Below, one piece after another: positions 42,774 through 56,391 of a stretch of DNA of 64,000 bases. A program made the position numbers and the translations under genes. Every line of letters starts with the position of its first letter. The stretch's first letter is position 1. A model generated the notes under the pieces. The model was given only the letters and a program-made list of their open reading frames with translations. It searched no databases and was not told where the DNA came from. Origin of the DNA: Paraspadella gotoi (Eukaryota; Animalia; Chaetognatha). Location of the stretch: positions 16,699,189 through 16,763,188 of the forward strand of contig CM119267.1 of assembly GCA_051294375.1 (NCBI GenBank), in the 5' to 3' direction.

Positions 42774-45700
42774 AAAAGATGAGAGAGAGGAGACGAGAGA
42801 GAGAGAGAAGAGCAGGAAGGAGAGCCAGGAGAAAGAGGGGGGAGAAAAAGTATACAGCGGCTCTTGTGGAAACGGCCCTCTGAGAGATGCAAATGATATG
42901 GAGAGCAGATGAAGGTCATAGGAATAAGAGAGACGAGAGAGATAGGGAGTAGTGAACACCCCAAAAAGAGAGAGAGAGAGAGAGAGAAGACTAAAGAGAG
43001 AGGCAGAAGAAAGAGAGAGAGCTCAGGAGAGAGAGAAAGAGAGAACACCAAGGAGGAGAGCGATAGATCAACGGAAGAATGGGCTATAGGAAGAGAGAGA
43101 GAGAGCACAGCAGCAATGATGACGCAGGAGAGAGAGAGGGCGAGAGTAGTATGTATGTAGCAAAAGAAAAGTCTGATTTCAAAATCGGGAGACAGTCGCC
43201 GTTCAAGAGAACTGAGACTGCTGACATGGGATCGGTCCGGCACATTAATCATTGATGGTCCTTTCGTTTTTCCCGCCGATCGGACAACAAACGGCGCGCG
43301 GGCCCATACATGAGGTGACAAGAGACCTCGAAGAGCGACGAACGACGACAAATCGAAATGAAATCTGAGTGAAAAAAATGAAACAATAAACCGGGACTTT
43401 TACGCAGATTAAACGGACAATCTTCAATAAAAGAAAAATGAATACAAAAATAGGAATTACTAATAATAAGTGGATTCAATTTTCCACAGAATACATACAT
43501 TACATAAAGTATTAAACATAACAATCAAATAAAAAAGAGACTCTTCCCCTTTATTCCCTTTTCATTCCTTTTTCGAATGAAAACGTCATCGCACCAAAAA
43601 AAAAAAAAAAAAAAAATTCTCCGCCCACTGAAATTTTTTCTCATTTTTGCAAACCGACCCAACCACTTAGGCCTTTTCGCATAATTCCCATACCCCTCCC
43701 AATTATTTTATTTCAGCACCGGGCGGCGGCGGCCACCCTGTCTCGCCGTACCATTTATCACGCTCATCTCCACCTCCTGATACTCACCTTTACTTAAGTC
43801 AGTAAACCCTCAAGCTGAGTTTTGAAACATTTGAGGTTTGATGGTTGAAAAAATATTTTTCGATTTTATTCGGAAAAGTTATCGTCAGTTACAAAAATCA
43901 TTCTAAAAAGTTGGAGTCCCGCCATGCGTATTATTTCACATAAGCACACTTCTACTTTCTAAGAAATAACTCATCTATGAAAGATTTTAATTAAATCACA
44001 TTATCGCAAACCAATTATCATCTAACACGAACAAAAAAACCAAGATATTGCATCTCCCCCTTACATTTGACTTTTTCTCTACGAAACTGGGTGGGTGGGC
44101 GGCTGGTGTGTGTGTGCGCCTGGGCCCGGTTCCGTCCTCTCTTCTCTCTTCTTCTTCTCTTTCTCTCCTCTCTCTCTCTCTTCTCTCTCTCTCCCCTTTT
44201 AAAAACTCCCTGTCTCTTTCCTCCTCCTCGCTTTTTTCTCTCTCGCCTCTTCTCTCTTCTCTCTTCGTCTTCTCGTTCGCTCCCTTCTCTCCTCTCTCTC
44301 TCTCTCTGTCCCTTCTCTCCTCACCGCTCCTTCTTCTCTTCCCTCTCTCCTCGCGCGAGCGCGAATCCGAACTGAGAGAGAAGAAGGCTGCGGGCGTTAT
44401 TTTTACATCCGTTGATTGAGAGGAGAGAGAAGAGAGAGGGGAGAAGAGCAGCAGAAGAAAAGGAAAAAGGGAGCGTACACGAGGGCGATGGAGATCAAAA
44501 GTGAAGCGGGGAAGAAGGAGAAAGGGAGGCAGAGAGAGAGAGAAGAGAAGAGAAGAGAGCGAGGAGCAGAGAGAGAGAGAGAGAGAGAGAGGGCGGAGCA
44601 AAAAGGAAATGAGAAGTATAAGTCATGGAGATATGAAAACAAGACGAATGACAACGACGGGGCGAAAACGATTGTTACCGCACGCATTGGCGTCAGAAAG
44701 GAAAAAAAAAAAACACGGCGTCCTTTTTCTCCTAGATACTTCAATTTAATTGACTAGAGACGATGACGTAATAATCGATGAGCCCTCTTCGCTCACCGAC
44801 CCGCCTACCTTTTGTATTTTGTGAAAGAATAAAAAAAAAAATGAAGGTGAGGCAAAAGAACCGAGATCTTCTCACTTATCGTCCGCGTTTCCCGGAAGCC
44901 CCCCAAACCTTTTTTGTGACCGTTCAACTCTCACGTTCGAACTCTTTTCACTTTGTCGCCTCGTGATGGATAAATATTTTCTCCTCTCTCTCTCTCTCCG
45001 GTCTTCTTTTCTCTCTTCCATTCTCTTCTCACAGGCCTGCTCTCCTCGCTTTTCTCTTTCTTCCTTTCTCTTTCGTCTTTTTCTCTTCTTGCTTGTTCTC
45101 CTTCTGGCCCTCTACCTTCGTCAGGTACACCATGCCGAGCCGCCGCTCGCAACCCCTGTATTACCCCAGGTTGCCACCGCTCGCTGGATTGCAGATGGTC
45201 TCTCTCTTCTCCTGTCTTAGATTCCACTCTCTTTTCCTGTCATTCTTTACTTCTCTTCTCTCTTTCTTCGGCTTTGTTCCTTCCGCCCCCTCTCCTTGCT
45301 ATTCCACACCCGTGTTCCTAGATTTTGAGCATAGGGATTACCACCCAACCTACCCTCTCTCTTGTCTCTTCTTCTTTCTCCGCCCACTCCCTCTCTCCCT
45401 CTCTTCCTCGCTCTCCTTCATTCACCTCTCTCTCTCGTCGGACTCTTCTCCTTCGCCTCCTCCCTACTCTCGTTCCGTCCTTCCGCCGTCTTCTCCCTTT
45501 GTCTCAGTTTCCCTCCTCACTCCTTCTCTCCTTTCTCGTCTTCCTCTCCCTACTCTCTTCTCTGTCTTCCTCCCGTCGTATCTCCTTGTCCTCCTCCTCT
45601 TGCCCTTCCTCTTCTCTCCGTCACCTCCTCGCCTCTCTCTCATTCATCGAATCCCGCTCTACTCGCTCACACTTCTCAAGTTCCCTCTGTCTCCTCTCCT

Positions 45701-47898
45701 TCTCCTCCTCTCTCACTTCGCTATCCTCTACTCCCGACCCTCCTCTCCTCGTGGCCTCCTGATCTCCTTTTTCCCACCTCGTATCTCTCGGCGCCTCTTC
45801 TGATCCTTCCCCTCCTCTCCGATCTCATACTCTCCCTCTCCCTCACCTTCTTCCTCTTCCCCACATCTCTTCCCTTCCCTTCTCTCTCTCTCTCATTCTC
45901 GTCTCTCTCTCTCTCAATTTCTTTTTCTCTCCTTTCTGTGTCCTCCCATTGCGTCTGTTTCACGTTGGCGCTGATCTTTACGACAGTTAACAATTGGAAT
46001 AATGGAGGTAGAGAAGTGAGAAAAAGAGAGGAAACAAGACAGAAGACGAGGAGAGAGAGACAAGAGCAGAGAGAGAGAGAGAGAGAGAGGAGAAGAGACA
46101 GAGAGAGCAGACAAGAGAGACGAGAGAGAGAGAGAGAGAAGAAAGAGAGGAGGAAAACCTCTCTCTCTCAGTTCGGATTCGCGCGCGAGAGAGACAGTTT
46201 CGGGTCCCGACGGCTGAAAAGCCCCCGGAAGGCTGCTTCTAAGCCCCTCGATGACCTCTGACCTTCCTAGGGGGACCCGATGACCTTGTCAATCACTGGC
46301 CCACACGAAATCCCCTTCCGCTGTCCGCCCTCAATTGCCNNNNNNNNNNNNNNNNNNNNNNNNNNNNNNNNNNNNNNNNNNNNNNNNNNNNNNNNNNNNN
46401 NNNNNNNNNNNNNNNNNNNNNNNNNNNNNNNNNNNNNNNNNNNNNNNNNNNNNNNNNNNNNNNNNNNNNNNNNNNNNNNNNNNNNNNNNNNNNNNNNTCG
46501 CCGTTAACTTTTTAGTAATTTTCCTTGAAAGAACTTACCACAACTCTTTTTATTTTACACAAACCTTACTTTGTGTTAATTTGTTTCTTATGCCGCTCCT
46601 TTGGCGGCGCTCTTTTCAATGGCTCATACGTCGCTATTTTGGCGGTAATTTTCATGGCCAACCTTGCCATCTGCCTTTCAGTAATTAAGATACGCATTAT
46701 ACATAACACAATGTCGTTGTCACCCTTTCCTCATTTTTCTGAAGCGTCTATTTTTTTCTGAACGGTAGAACCTTACTTACCCGTCCTGTTTATTTTTTCT
46801 TGTTTTTCCCCCCCGAGTTCGCTTGCCCTTGCTTTCTTCCACGACGTTTCTTTCATTAAGCCATTTTCCCTCCCAACTTACTTTCTATAGATCGAACCCC
46901 ACGGCCATTCAGCTCGAAACAACGCGAAACCAAATGTTTTTCTCGATGTCATTTCGGCAACAACCGCAAATAGTGATTCGCTAAATTCCGACTGCGTGAG
47001 ATTAAGATAAAACTTACCCAACTACCCCTCAAACTCACTTTTTTCGTTCGTTTGTAAACTAGAAAATGTGTATTCCATCTTCCACTTCACCTTACCTTAC
47101 TCTCTCCCACCCCATCTCGACAATGAAAATGCCATTACTTGTCCCCGATACGCCCTCAACGCCATCTCGGTCAAGACGCTAGCGACATCCCATCGCTTTG
47201 AAAAAATCCCTCGGGTCTCATTACGCGGCATGACCGTCATTACGGAGGGGGGGAAACGTCTTCCGTCCGGTGACGCAACGCGTGGCGGGCCCTCTACCCA
47301 ACCACCTCTCCCCCCCCCCTTCGGCGCGCGACGTCGCGGGTCGTTACGCTCCGTGACGCCTCGTCACTCGGCATCTCGTGGCGTCCGTGTGGGCGCTAGA
47401 TCGAAGTGCCACGAAGATGGAAAGGGGGCCGCATTGGTAGGGGGCGCGGAAGGGGAATCAGGAATTGCGGGCGGTGGAAGGGTTCGATCTCTTTTTCTCA
47501 TTTCCGCGGGATTTTCTTTCGAGGTAACGCGGAAGGGAAAGTACATCGTCTTTCGACTCTCTCTTGGTATTACAGAATAGTGAGGCTCCAATTTTGGGGT
47601 GGGATTTTGATCCCAAAATTGCGATTCACATTCGATCTTACATTTTCTTACGTCAAAATTTTGTTTTTTGTCGTCTGCTTTTATCGATTTTTTCTAAATT
47701 CTGCGCACGACGTCATTTTGAAAAGAGAACGTGGAATAAATCTCTCAAAAAAAAAATCCTTCCGGAAATACAATATTTTCCCTTCTCGGAAATATTTTGA
47801 AAAAAATTCTGAAACAGTGTTTAAAAAAATTGTCAGGAAAAAAGAAAGTTTAATCTTTTCTTTAGCAAATAATAAACACAGAGTCTGAAACAACTCAC

Positions 47899-48331
47899 CC
47901 ACTGCCTCCCTCAACGGTTGCTGTTCGGCGATCAACGATTCGATAGAATGATTGTAATCCTTGGAACTTTTATTTCCGCTTTTCCAAAAACGCCGCTTCG
48001 CCGCGGCGGGAGGCTGCTGCTGTTGTTTAGATTGCTGCAGTTGTTGTTTAGATTGTGGCGGCTGCGAGGGCGCTACACCGACGCCGCTTTTAGGTCCGTT
48101 TTTGACGCCGCTATCGACGTCGACGACGCCGCAACTCTGACCGTTGCTGTTGGTCTTTTGTTTGGGATAATCCGAGTTCTTTTTTACCTTTAGTATCGGG
48201 ACTTTGTTAAGAGCGCTGCGCTGCCGTCTGGCCGGCGACTGCGGCGGCGGAGTCGCAACTTTCGACGGCGACGTCGGGACGGGAATCGGGTGAACGTTAG
48301 TGAGCGACGCCGGTCGCGCCGACGACAGCAT
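47899..48331 (-). CDS. First coding exon of an unidentified gene (Pro/Ser/Gln-rich N-terminus, 144 codons)
   Basis: ATG in GCCACGATG context with an upstream in-frame TAG. GC-rich, non-repetitive ORF MLSSARPASLTNVHP…HSIESLIAEQQPLREAV with a canonical donor G|GTGAGT, after which composition drops to AT-rich intron. Confidence 0.7.
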
Positions 48332-48844
48332 CGTGGCGGGGTTGACGGCGTCCCTGTTGAAGGCGGACTAGGCGATGAAGCGGATAACGGGCGGAAGGCG
48401 TGACGAGGATGCGGCGGCAGGGCGGCGGCATTGCGATGCGGAAGCGGCGCGAAATTGGAGCCGGCGGCGTAAGCGCCGGCTAATGTCGCGGCGACGTGTA
48501 AATCCTGTTCGCCGATTCGATTTATTCGCGCGTTCGTTTTTTTATTTTTTTTTCGTTCGTAGTTTTGTTCGTTCTTTCGTTCGTTCTCTATCCGCTCTAT
48601 TCAGAGTTCGTAAACAAAATTGCGTCTTACTTTCGCCTGTCCTCCTTTTTCAAAAAAGGAAGAAGCCGTCGCGCGAGAAAAGAGGAGCAAGACTGCGTTA
48701 TGCAAATGAGATTTTAATTGATTCGGAGGTCAGCCTTTCGATGGCGCCAGAGAGGAGAAGGATGTAAGTCGCTGGGAGGAATGAGAGAGAGAGAGAGAGA
48801 AGAGAGAGGAGAGATGAGAGAGGATGAGAGAGAGATGAGAGAGA

Positions 48845-48887
<43 letters not shown>

Positions 48888-49639
48888 GAGAGAGTAGACC
48901 TTTTGACCATTGGACGCCGAAAAAGGAAACGAATGGCGTCGATTAACGCGAAGGAAATGAAGAGCGAAAATGACGCCTAGAAATTCGGCGCCGTTAAACG
49001 ATGGTCGACGACGATAAAAGCGACGATCGTGCGAAGGTAAAAAGAAGCGACTATTTCCGAGAAATCGATGAGTATTTCCGAGAAAAGCGAGGGACGCCGC
49101 AAAGAAGAGCGAAGATCGTCTCCAAGAAAATCGAAGCTCACCGGGGAAAAAAAATGGAGCGGAGCGCCTCGCGGAGACGATCGGAGGTTCTTTGTCGCGT
49201 TCTTCGTTGCTAAGAGACGAGATTGATCGTTTTACTTTAGTTGACTTTAATTAATATCCAGAAGTAGTTTCCGTCGTCTCTTTTTTTTTCTTTCGCGTAA
49301 AATGCCTTTCCCTCCGATCGAGATTATTTATCATAAAATACTTTATCTACAATTTATCTAAAAATAGTGGTTTTTTTTTGTTTTTTTTGTTTTTTTTTGT
49401 TAAATGGACGAAACCTCGTTTTCTGACGACCTCGTCGTAATTTAGTCGCTTTAATGACGTAGTTTGGCCCCCGGAATTTCTAAACGAAAAATAAAATAAA
49501 AAAGTTTATTAATTTATTTAGCATATTTTTTTTTCTATATGGCGGAGAAAAGGAAGGAGAGAGAAAAAGAGTAGGAAGAACGGTTGAGTTAACGTAGAAA
49601 ATTGAAATGGGGGGGGGTGAGGCAACGAAAAATTACAGA

Positions 49640-49742
49640 GCCCCTGCCGCCGTCACCGCGTCGTCGCCGTCGCGGAGGCTAAAACTTTTTTATTCGCTTC
49701 GCAAGTGCGGGGATGGCGGCGCGGCGGCAGCGGCGGCAGGGC
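49640..49742. mobile_element. GC-rich MITE-like inverted repeat
   Basis: ccctgccgccg… pairs with …cggcggcaggg, with further imperfect pairing inward. Confidence 0.4.
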
Positions 49743-50741
49743 GGAGCGGGGCAGACTCGTGAGAGCAACACCGAGGTGTAAATTATACTATCGACAACAT
49801 TTCTCTTGGTGGGGAGGGTTGAAGGTTGGGGCATCGCGTAAGAGTCGGTCAAACGAGATGTGACGACGAGAGATTAAAATCGGGACGACGAAATCGTCGA
49901 CAAAAAGATGCTGACAATGGAATCATTGAGAAGATAAAATTTGATAAAGGTAGAGAAGCTTCATCATAGTTATCGCCTGACATTAAAATTAATTGGAAAC
50001 TCCAAAACGCCCTTAGACTCTAGAGAGAGTCTGGTCGAGTTATTACTTCTCCGGAAAGAAAAAGCAACGACAGTGCAACGACAGTGCAACAACAACGCCG
50101 ACGTTTTGGCTCCGTTTTTTAGTTGTTTTTTTCTTTTTTTTTATATCCCTGGTTCCATCTATTTGGTTTTGCCCCACAAACCACCACGTAGAGAATGCTC
50201 GTCTACCCGAATCTTGTTTTATCCCGGCGTCGCCCGGTCCGAATGTTCGTACAGTTTGTGAAATCGGTACAACCAACAAAAAAGTTACCCGTTCACTCAA
50301 TGAATGAGCTATCTAAGGCGAGTCAAGGCCTCCAGACTTTATGTTGCTTCCCGTCAATATTCGTCCAATGCTTGGGCATGTCATGGCATTACGATTATGC
50401 TTCTTATGACAAGCCATTGTCTTTGGGTCATCTTTAATCCCGTTTCGTAATAATCTCAATTTCCTCGACCACGAAGGTCACTCTTTGTCATTTTCCAAGT
50501 TCCCCCCCCCCCGACTCCGCAGACGGGAGGCCTTCCCAATCACCTCCTCATCGTCCTTTCCAAGATCCAATGTCCCTTCCAACGACCTCGTTCACCCAAG
50601 GCGCAAGAGAAAAAGAAACCACAAGCCATTCCAAATAAGGCAAAGTGCCATTGGAATTTATGGCACTGCCAACAAATTAGAGGCTCGACGACGTGGGGGG
50701 GTGAAGTTTCTACGGGGTGAGGGAGAGGGAGAGAGAGAGAG

Positions 50742-50779
<38 letters not shown>

Positions 50780-52399
50780 AACGCACAGCACCTCCTGCAA
50801 AATTACACTCGTTCCATTAACGGCGAGTGTCGGTACACATGGCTGGCAGGTGGAAATAAACTTGGGCTCCGAAGGGACTTTCTTTATATTTCTTGTCTAC
50901 GTTTCTGTAGTCGAACTCATCTCTCCGTTTAGCCACGAGAAGCCTTAGCTTTAACCTAGTTTTCTCTCTTGTTTTTAATTTTAAGGAACTTATTTTAGTT
51001 TTCTCGTTTAATTTTTTTATTCTTGGAACTATCTTGTTTTTAATAGCACCCATTTTTCCATTCCCTTTCTCACACTTTCCATCCTTCGGCGACCGGCTTT
51101 CTTTCTCTCTCTCTCTCTCTCTNNNNNNNNNNNNNNNNNNNNNNNNNNNNNNNNNNNNNNNNNNNNNNNNNNNNNNNNNNNNNNNNNNNNNNNNNNNNNN
51201 NNNNNNNNNNNNNNNNNNNNNNNNNNNNNNNNNNNNNNNNNNNNNNNNNNNNNNNNNNNNNNNNNNNNNNNNNNNNNNNNNNNNNNNNNNNNNNNNNNNN
51301 NNNNNNNNNNNNNNNNNNNNNNNNNNNNNNNNNNNNNNNNNNNNNNNNNNNNNNNNNNNNNNNNNNNNNNNNNNNNNNNNNNNNNNNNNNNNNNNNNNNN
51401 NNNNNNNNNNNNNNNNNNNNNNNNNNNNGAGAGAGAGAGAGAGGAATTTGTTAAGCCAAACTAAAGTTGTCTCAATTCACTTCACGACATGTTTTTTTAA
51501 ATATACTCTCGTTTCTTATTACGCGACTTTAATCAGTGAATCCATTACCATTATTGCGTTGTCCCTTCCTTTTGCCAAAAGAATGCTGATGCACCGAAAA
51601 AAAAGAAAGAGAGAGAGAGAGAGAAAGAGAAAGAGAGAGAGAAAGAGAGAGAAAAAAGTGGGAAAATTTCGAGAGAAAAAATGATCCATTAGCCGAAAAA
51701 GGTCAGAGCAAAGCCGCTTTAACCCTCAGGCGATTAGAGGGAAAAACAATGAAACCTTTTCACAAACTCTTTCCGCTAATTTGCATCGATGCGCGTTTCC
51801 CCTTTTGCATGCGAAGCCGAGGCAGCCGAAGGCCAAATGGGGGCTAGAGGCCAAGGGCGTCGAGAGGCCACTTGGCTGAAGGGGTTGAGAGGCCAGTGTG
51901 GCGGCGAAGGGGGGCGAGGGGCCAATGTTGTTCATTTAATCGTCATTGAGATAAGAATTTCGGTGGAGAAAGATATCGGATGAAACCTGCAAAAAGCAAC
52001 CGTCGGTCGAGGAGGGAACTGAAACTAATCAGACATTCATTGCCAGTTTGAACCGATGCTTTAGTTTCTTTTTTTTTTCCTTTCTTATTTTGTCTCCTTT
52101 TTTCTTACTTTTTGCTCTCTACTCTCCCACAGACCCAGACGTAAACAAATACTTTCAATCTTAATATCTCACTGTAACATAGCTTAGTGTTGTTCCCACA
52201 GACGTCCTACAAACTAATTATTTTTACTTTTTTTTCAATATTACTCAAACTGAGAAATTAGAATATTTTGAAAATGTAAGAATGAATCTTGATATTTAAT
52301 AAAGAAAAGTCCGGGTTTAAAAAAAAATAAGGCTAGAACCTTGAACAAACAGATCAGGTGCCTACGAATCTACCGTCTGAGTAGGTTCCTTCCTTCCTT

Positions 52400-52470
<71 letters not shown>

Positions 52471-53730
52471 GCTTCAGTTTTTTCGTCTTGGAAAAGAAGA
52501 GAAAAAAACGTGAAAAATTCCGTGAAAATAACTTTTTCTTCAAGAGAGAGAAAGTTGAGGTCTTGAGGATAAATTAACCTTTAGACAAATCGAGTACATA
52601 GAACTACAGTTGGAAACGGTTAAATCGGTGGGAAAACTAATGTGTTTCCATTTTTTTAAAAATTTTATGTAATTTTAAAGAAACTTTAATATTTTCTCTT
52701 TTAGTAAGTTCGTTTAGTAGATAGTGTGAAAGCTTAAGTATAAGTTAAAACTTTAATATCATTATCAATTGAATCTTTATTGCGGTATTTTGACGAAACC
52801 CGCTTCCACTGTATCGCATTTCCTTCATTGTTTCTCAAAAAATTTCTCTTTTTTCTTAAAAATATTTTGTGCTGAGAAAAAAAAAACTCGTTTCTTCGAC
52901 TCAAGACGAAATTCTGGATCGAATTCGTCGGCGGCCAAATTTTCGGGAGGCGAAGAGAGAATGTTCCGGATGTTGCGGAAAATGTTGCGGCGGATGTTGC
53001 AGCGGATGCGGCGAAATTTACGGCAATTCACACTGTAAAGTGCGNNNNNNNNNNNNNNNNNNNNNNNNNNNNNNNNNNNNNNNNNNNNNNNNNNNNNNNN
53101 NNNNNNNNNNNNNNNNNNNNNNNNNNNNNNNNNNNNNNNNNNNNNNNNNNNNNNNNNNNNNNNNNNNNNNNNNNNNNNNNNNNNNNNNNNNNNNNNNNNN
53201 NNNNNNNNNNNNNNNNNNNNNNNNNNNNNNNNNNNNNNNNNNNNNNNNNNNNNNNNNNNNNNNNNNNNNNNNNNNNNNNNNNNNNNNNNNNNNNNNNNNN
53301 NNNNNNNNNNNNNNNNNNNNNNNNNNNNNNNNNNNNNNNNNNNNNNNNNNNNNNNNNNNNNNNNNNNNNNNNNNNNNNNNNNNNNNNNTCGAACAATTTC
53401 GTTCCATTCATAAATTCGTTTTCAAGAAAGTTAAGAATTAAGACTCAACGAGAAGTTTACTTCTGATCAAAAATTTGCTACAAAAGCAGACAACATAAGC
53501 AACAAAGAGAAATTATAATTCATGGAGACATAAAAATCAAAAGTTAGCAACGAATTTAGCAAGTGAGCAACTGAGCAACGAACACGAGCTTAGCATTGAA
53601 CAAGAAGTCAACAACGAACACACGCACTGATAGCAAATTTCCTCTTTCTCCCTCACTCTCTCACTCCTTCACACTTAAGACGAAAAAAAAAATTCTGCGA
53701 CTTTTTTTTTTTGGCGATAATCTGGTTTAG

Positions 53731-53886
53731 GTTTGAGGGAAACTGACGAGCGGCAAAAAAGGCTGAAAAAAGAAAGGGGTCAGTCAGCTAGCGAGGATGA
53801 CCTGGACGTCGGCAAAGTCCGATGGCATCCGACAGATGGAAGAGAGTCCGCCATCGTCGTGAGACAGATGGCGTCGGAAGCCATCC
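53731..53886 (+). CDS. Candidate exon
   Basis: tttag| acceptor; reads LRETDERQKRLKKERGQSASEDDLDVGKVRWHPTDGRESAIVVRQMASEAI. The donor is uncertain. Confidence 0.35.
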
Positions 53887-54146
53887 GTTTCCTTTTTGCG
53901 AGCTTCGTTACTGTCATTTCTATTTTCTCCCGGCGATGCGCTTTTGTTTTTGTTTTTACTGCGTCTTTTTGTCTCATCGTTGCTTTGTTTATGTTTTGTT
54001 TATGTATCGTTTATGTTTCGTTCCGCCATAAACATGCTTCCCGTTATCCCAAGCCTTTTTCTCTGTCGGAGTTTTCCTCGATACGAATCCTTCTTTTCAA
54101 AGATGAGGACGAGGAGGAGGAGAAGGAGGACGAGGACGAGGACGAG

Positions 54147-54178
<32 letters not shown>

Positions 54179-54531
54179 TATATATCTTAAGTTTTAATAG
54201 TGACGGGAAATCTGTGAGAACACGGAGAACCAACCAAAACATCCGCGATTCAAAAAAAGAAATTGTTTACTCAAATTTCGAAATAATAAGATTCATTTAC
54301 TTTTTGATCCTTTTTTTTTTTTTTTTCGTTTTGTCAATTGAGAAAAAAAATCCTTTTATGGTTTTATTCCTCCTGAAAATTCGGTGTAATTGTGTTATCA
54401 TTAGTGCCCATGGTCCCCGGGCCCCCATATCTTTCGGAAGAGGTGTCAAAATTTGTAAAGAGAACGAAATTGAAGCTCCTACGTGTTCCCCATTTCTCAG
54501 CCGTCAACCGGGCTCCTCCGTCCCGCCCGTC

Positions 54532-54590
<59 letters not shown>

Positions 54591-54893
54591 CCACCTCTTT
54601 CATGGCCCTCGCCGGATATTTTTTCATTTTTCTAAATCTTTACACTTCCTCAACCTCAATTTAGGAGACTTGCCTCCTTTTTTTTCTTGACATTTTTCCT
54701 TCCTTTTCTTTTCATATTTTTTTTTTCGGCCTGTGTTTTTATACTTTTCCTTTTTTTTCTAAATTATTCTCTAAACTTTATTTTTTCTTTTCATTTTTTT
54801 TATTTCATGTCACTTCCGCTTTTTTCTTTTTTTTTTTCTTAGTCCCTTTCTTGTCTTCTTCATTTTCTCAAATCCCTTTTGTCATATTTTCAC

Positions 54894-55250
54894 TTTTTAG
54901 TTGCGCCGCGCGTACTTGCGGAGTCACTTTTTGGTCGGTCTGTCGGTCTTTTGGTCGGTCGGTCGGTCAATATGTCTTTCAGTCCGTCTGTCCCAATTAC
55001 ATTAAAAATGCTCATAACTCGCTTATAGTTAGTAGCTCATTTGTTAGGACAGAAAAAATCTAAGTGACTGCTAGCGCCGCATTTAGAAAATTGTAAAAGT
55101 ATGAAGAATAAAAGAGGGAATTCCGATGCAGTGCCTGTCATAGATACATGGGATAAGAAAGTTATAAGACATTTGTTATACATAAATTTCCTAATCATGT
55201 GATCACAGGGAATTACACGTGAAAAGAAATTTAGTGCGGCGCAACACATT
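54894..55250 (+). mobile_element. DINE-1/HINE-like element, copy 2
   Basis: Perfect 10-bp subterminal inverted repeat GTTGCGCCGC (54900-54909) / GCGGCGCAAC (55236-55245), (GGTC)n tract and T-rich 5' end. Shares aaaatgctcataact and taagtgactgctagcgccgc with copy 1. Confidence 0.65.
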
Positions 55251-56258
55251 GAATGGACCGATATTGTTTTCTATTATTCTTTTCTTTTCTTGTATCTTCT
55301 TCTCTTCTCTATATTTATCTCGTTTTTTCTTATGGAACTCTCTCGCTCGGCTTTGAGAGATTTTCGTATCGTCTATTTTTAGATCATTTGTGGAAAAGGA
55401 AATATATTCACCTGCGCTCCTTTGATCGGCTACGTGAAAAGAAGTGACATATTTTTTATGATGTTGAATCATCATCATCGTCATCGGATACGAGTGACAA
55501 ATCTTTAGTTAAATACCTCATTTATACTTTATAAAAGGCATTAAACGATTGATCTTTGGTCTGTTTTTTTTTTAGTACTGACCTAAGTAGGTAAATGTAA
55601 AGTAACAATGACGTCACGATTGAAGAGAATATTCATCTTTGATGTTTCTGTTTTATCGCTCATTTCATCTTTAACCCCTCATCCATTTGCCAATTCCTTA
55701 TTACATCTGTCTGTGTCTCTCTCTTTCTCTCTTTCTCTCTCTCTCTCTTTCCATCCCTCAGTCCTTTCTTCCTCCCTTCCCTTCTCTTTGACCTTTCCTT
55801 TTCTTCCCTCTTCCCTTCTCTTTGCCTTTCATTTTTCCTCTCTTCCCTTCTCTTGTCCTCCTTCTTTCTTCCTCTCTTCCTTCTCTTTGACCTTTCCTTT
55901 CTTCCTCTCTTTCCCCTTCTCTTTGACCTTTCGCTTTCTTCCTCCTCTCCCTTCTCTTTGCCTTTCCTTTCTTCCTCTCTTCCCTCTCTTTGTCCTTTCC
56001 TTTCTTCCTCTCTTCCCTTCTCTTTGTCCTTTCCTTTCATTCCTCGACTTCCTCCTCCCTTTATCCTTAGTTCCTCTTTGTCCTGGTCAACCTTCTCCCT
56101 TTTTCCTTCCGCTTTCTATTTCCCTTTTCCCCTCTATATTTTCCTCTCTTTTTTCTCCCTCTATCTTATCCCCTCTATCTTTTCTTCTCTATCCTCTCCT
56201 CCTACTCCCATTGTCCTTTTTCCCCCCTCTCTCCCCTCCCCCCCCTTTTTCGACTTAG

Positions 56259-56391
56259 TCTTCTTTGCACTGGCGCCGAAGTTCATATATCATAATCCCC
56301 TTGTCAAAACCTTTTGGCGGCAGCGGCGGCGGCGGCGGCAGCAGCGGCATTTTTTCGCGGCAGAGGAGGTGGCAACCGATTAGTCAGCCAA
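56259..56391 (+). CDS. Candidate exon (Gly/Ser run)
   Basis: Follows a long pyrimidine tract plus ttag; reads SSLHWRRSSYIIIPLSKPFGGSGGGGGSSGIFSRQRRWQPISQP. The donor gtatcc is weak. Confidence 0.25.

Noticed and set aside
43782-43820. Minus-strand micro-exon with AG|GTGAGT donor
   Set aside because: The 27-nt candidate has stops in all three frames.
47681-47898. C-terminal part of the 216-aa ORF
   Set aside because: It is read-through into an AT-rich intron after the GTGAGT donor.
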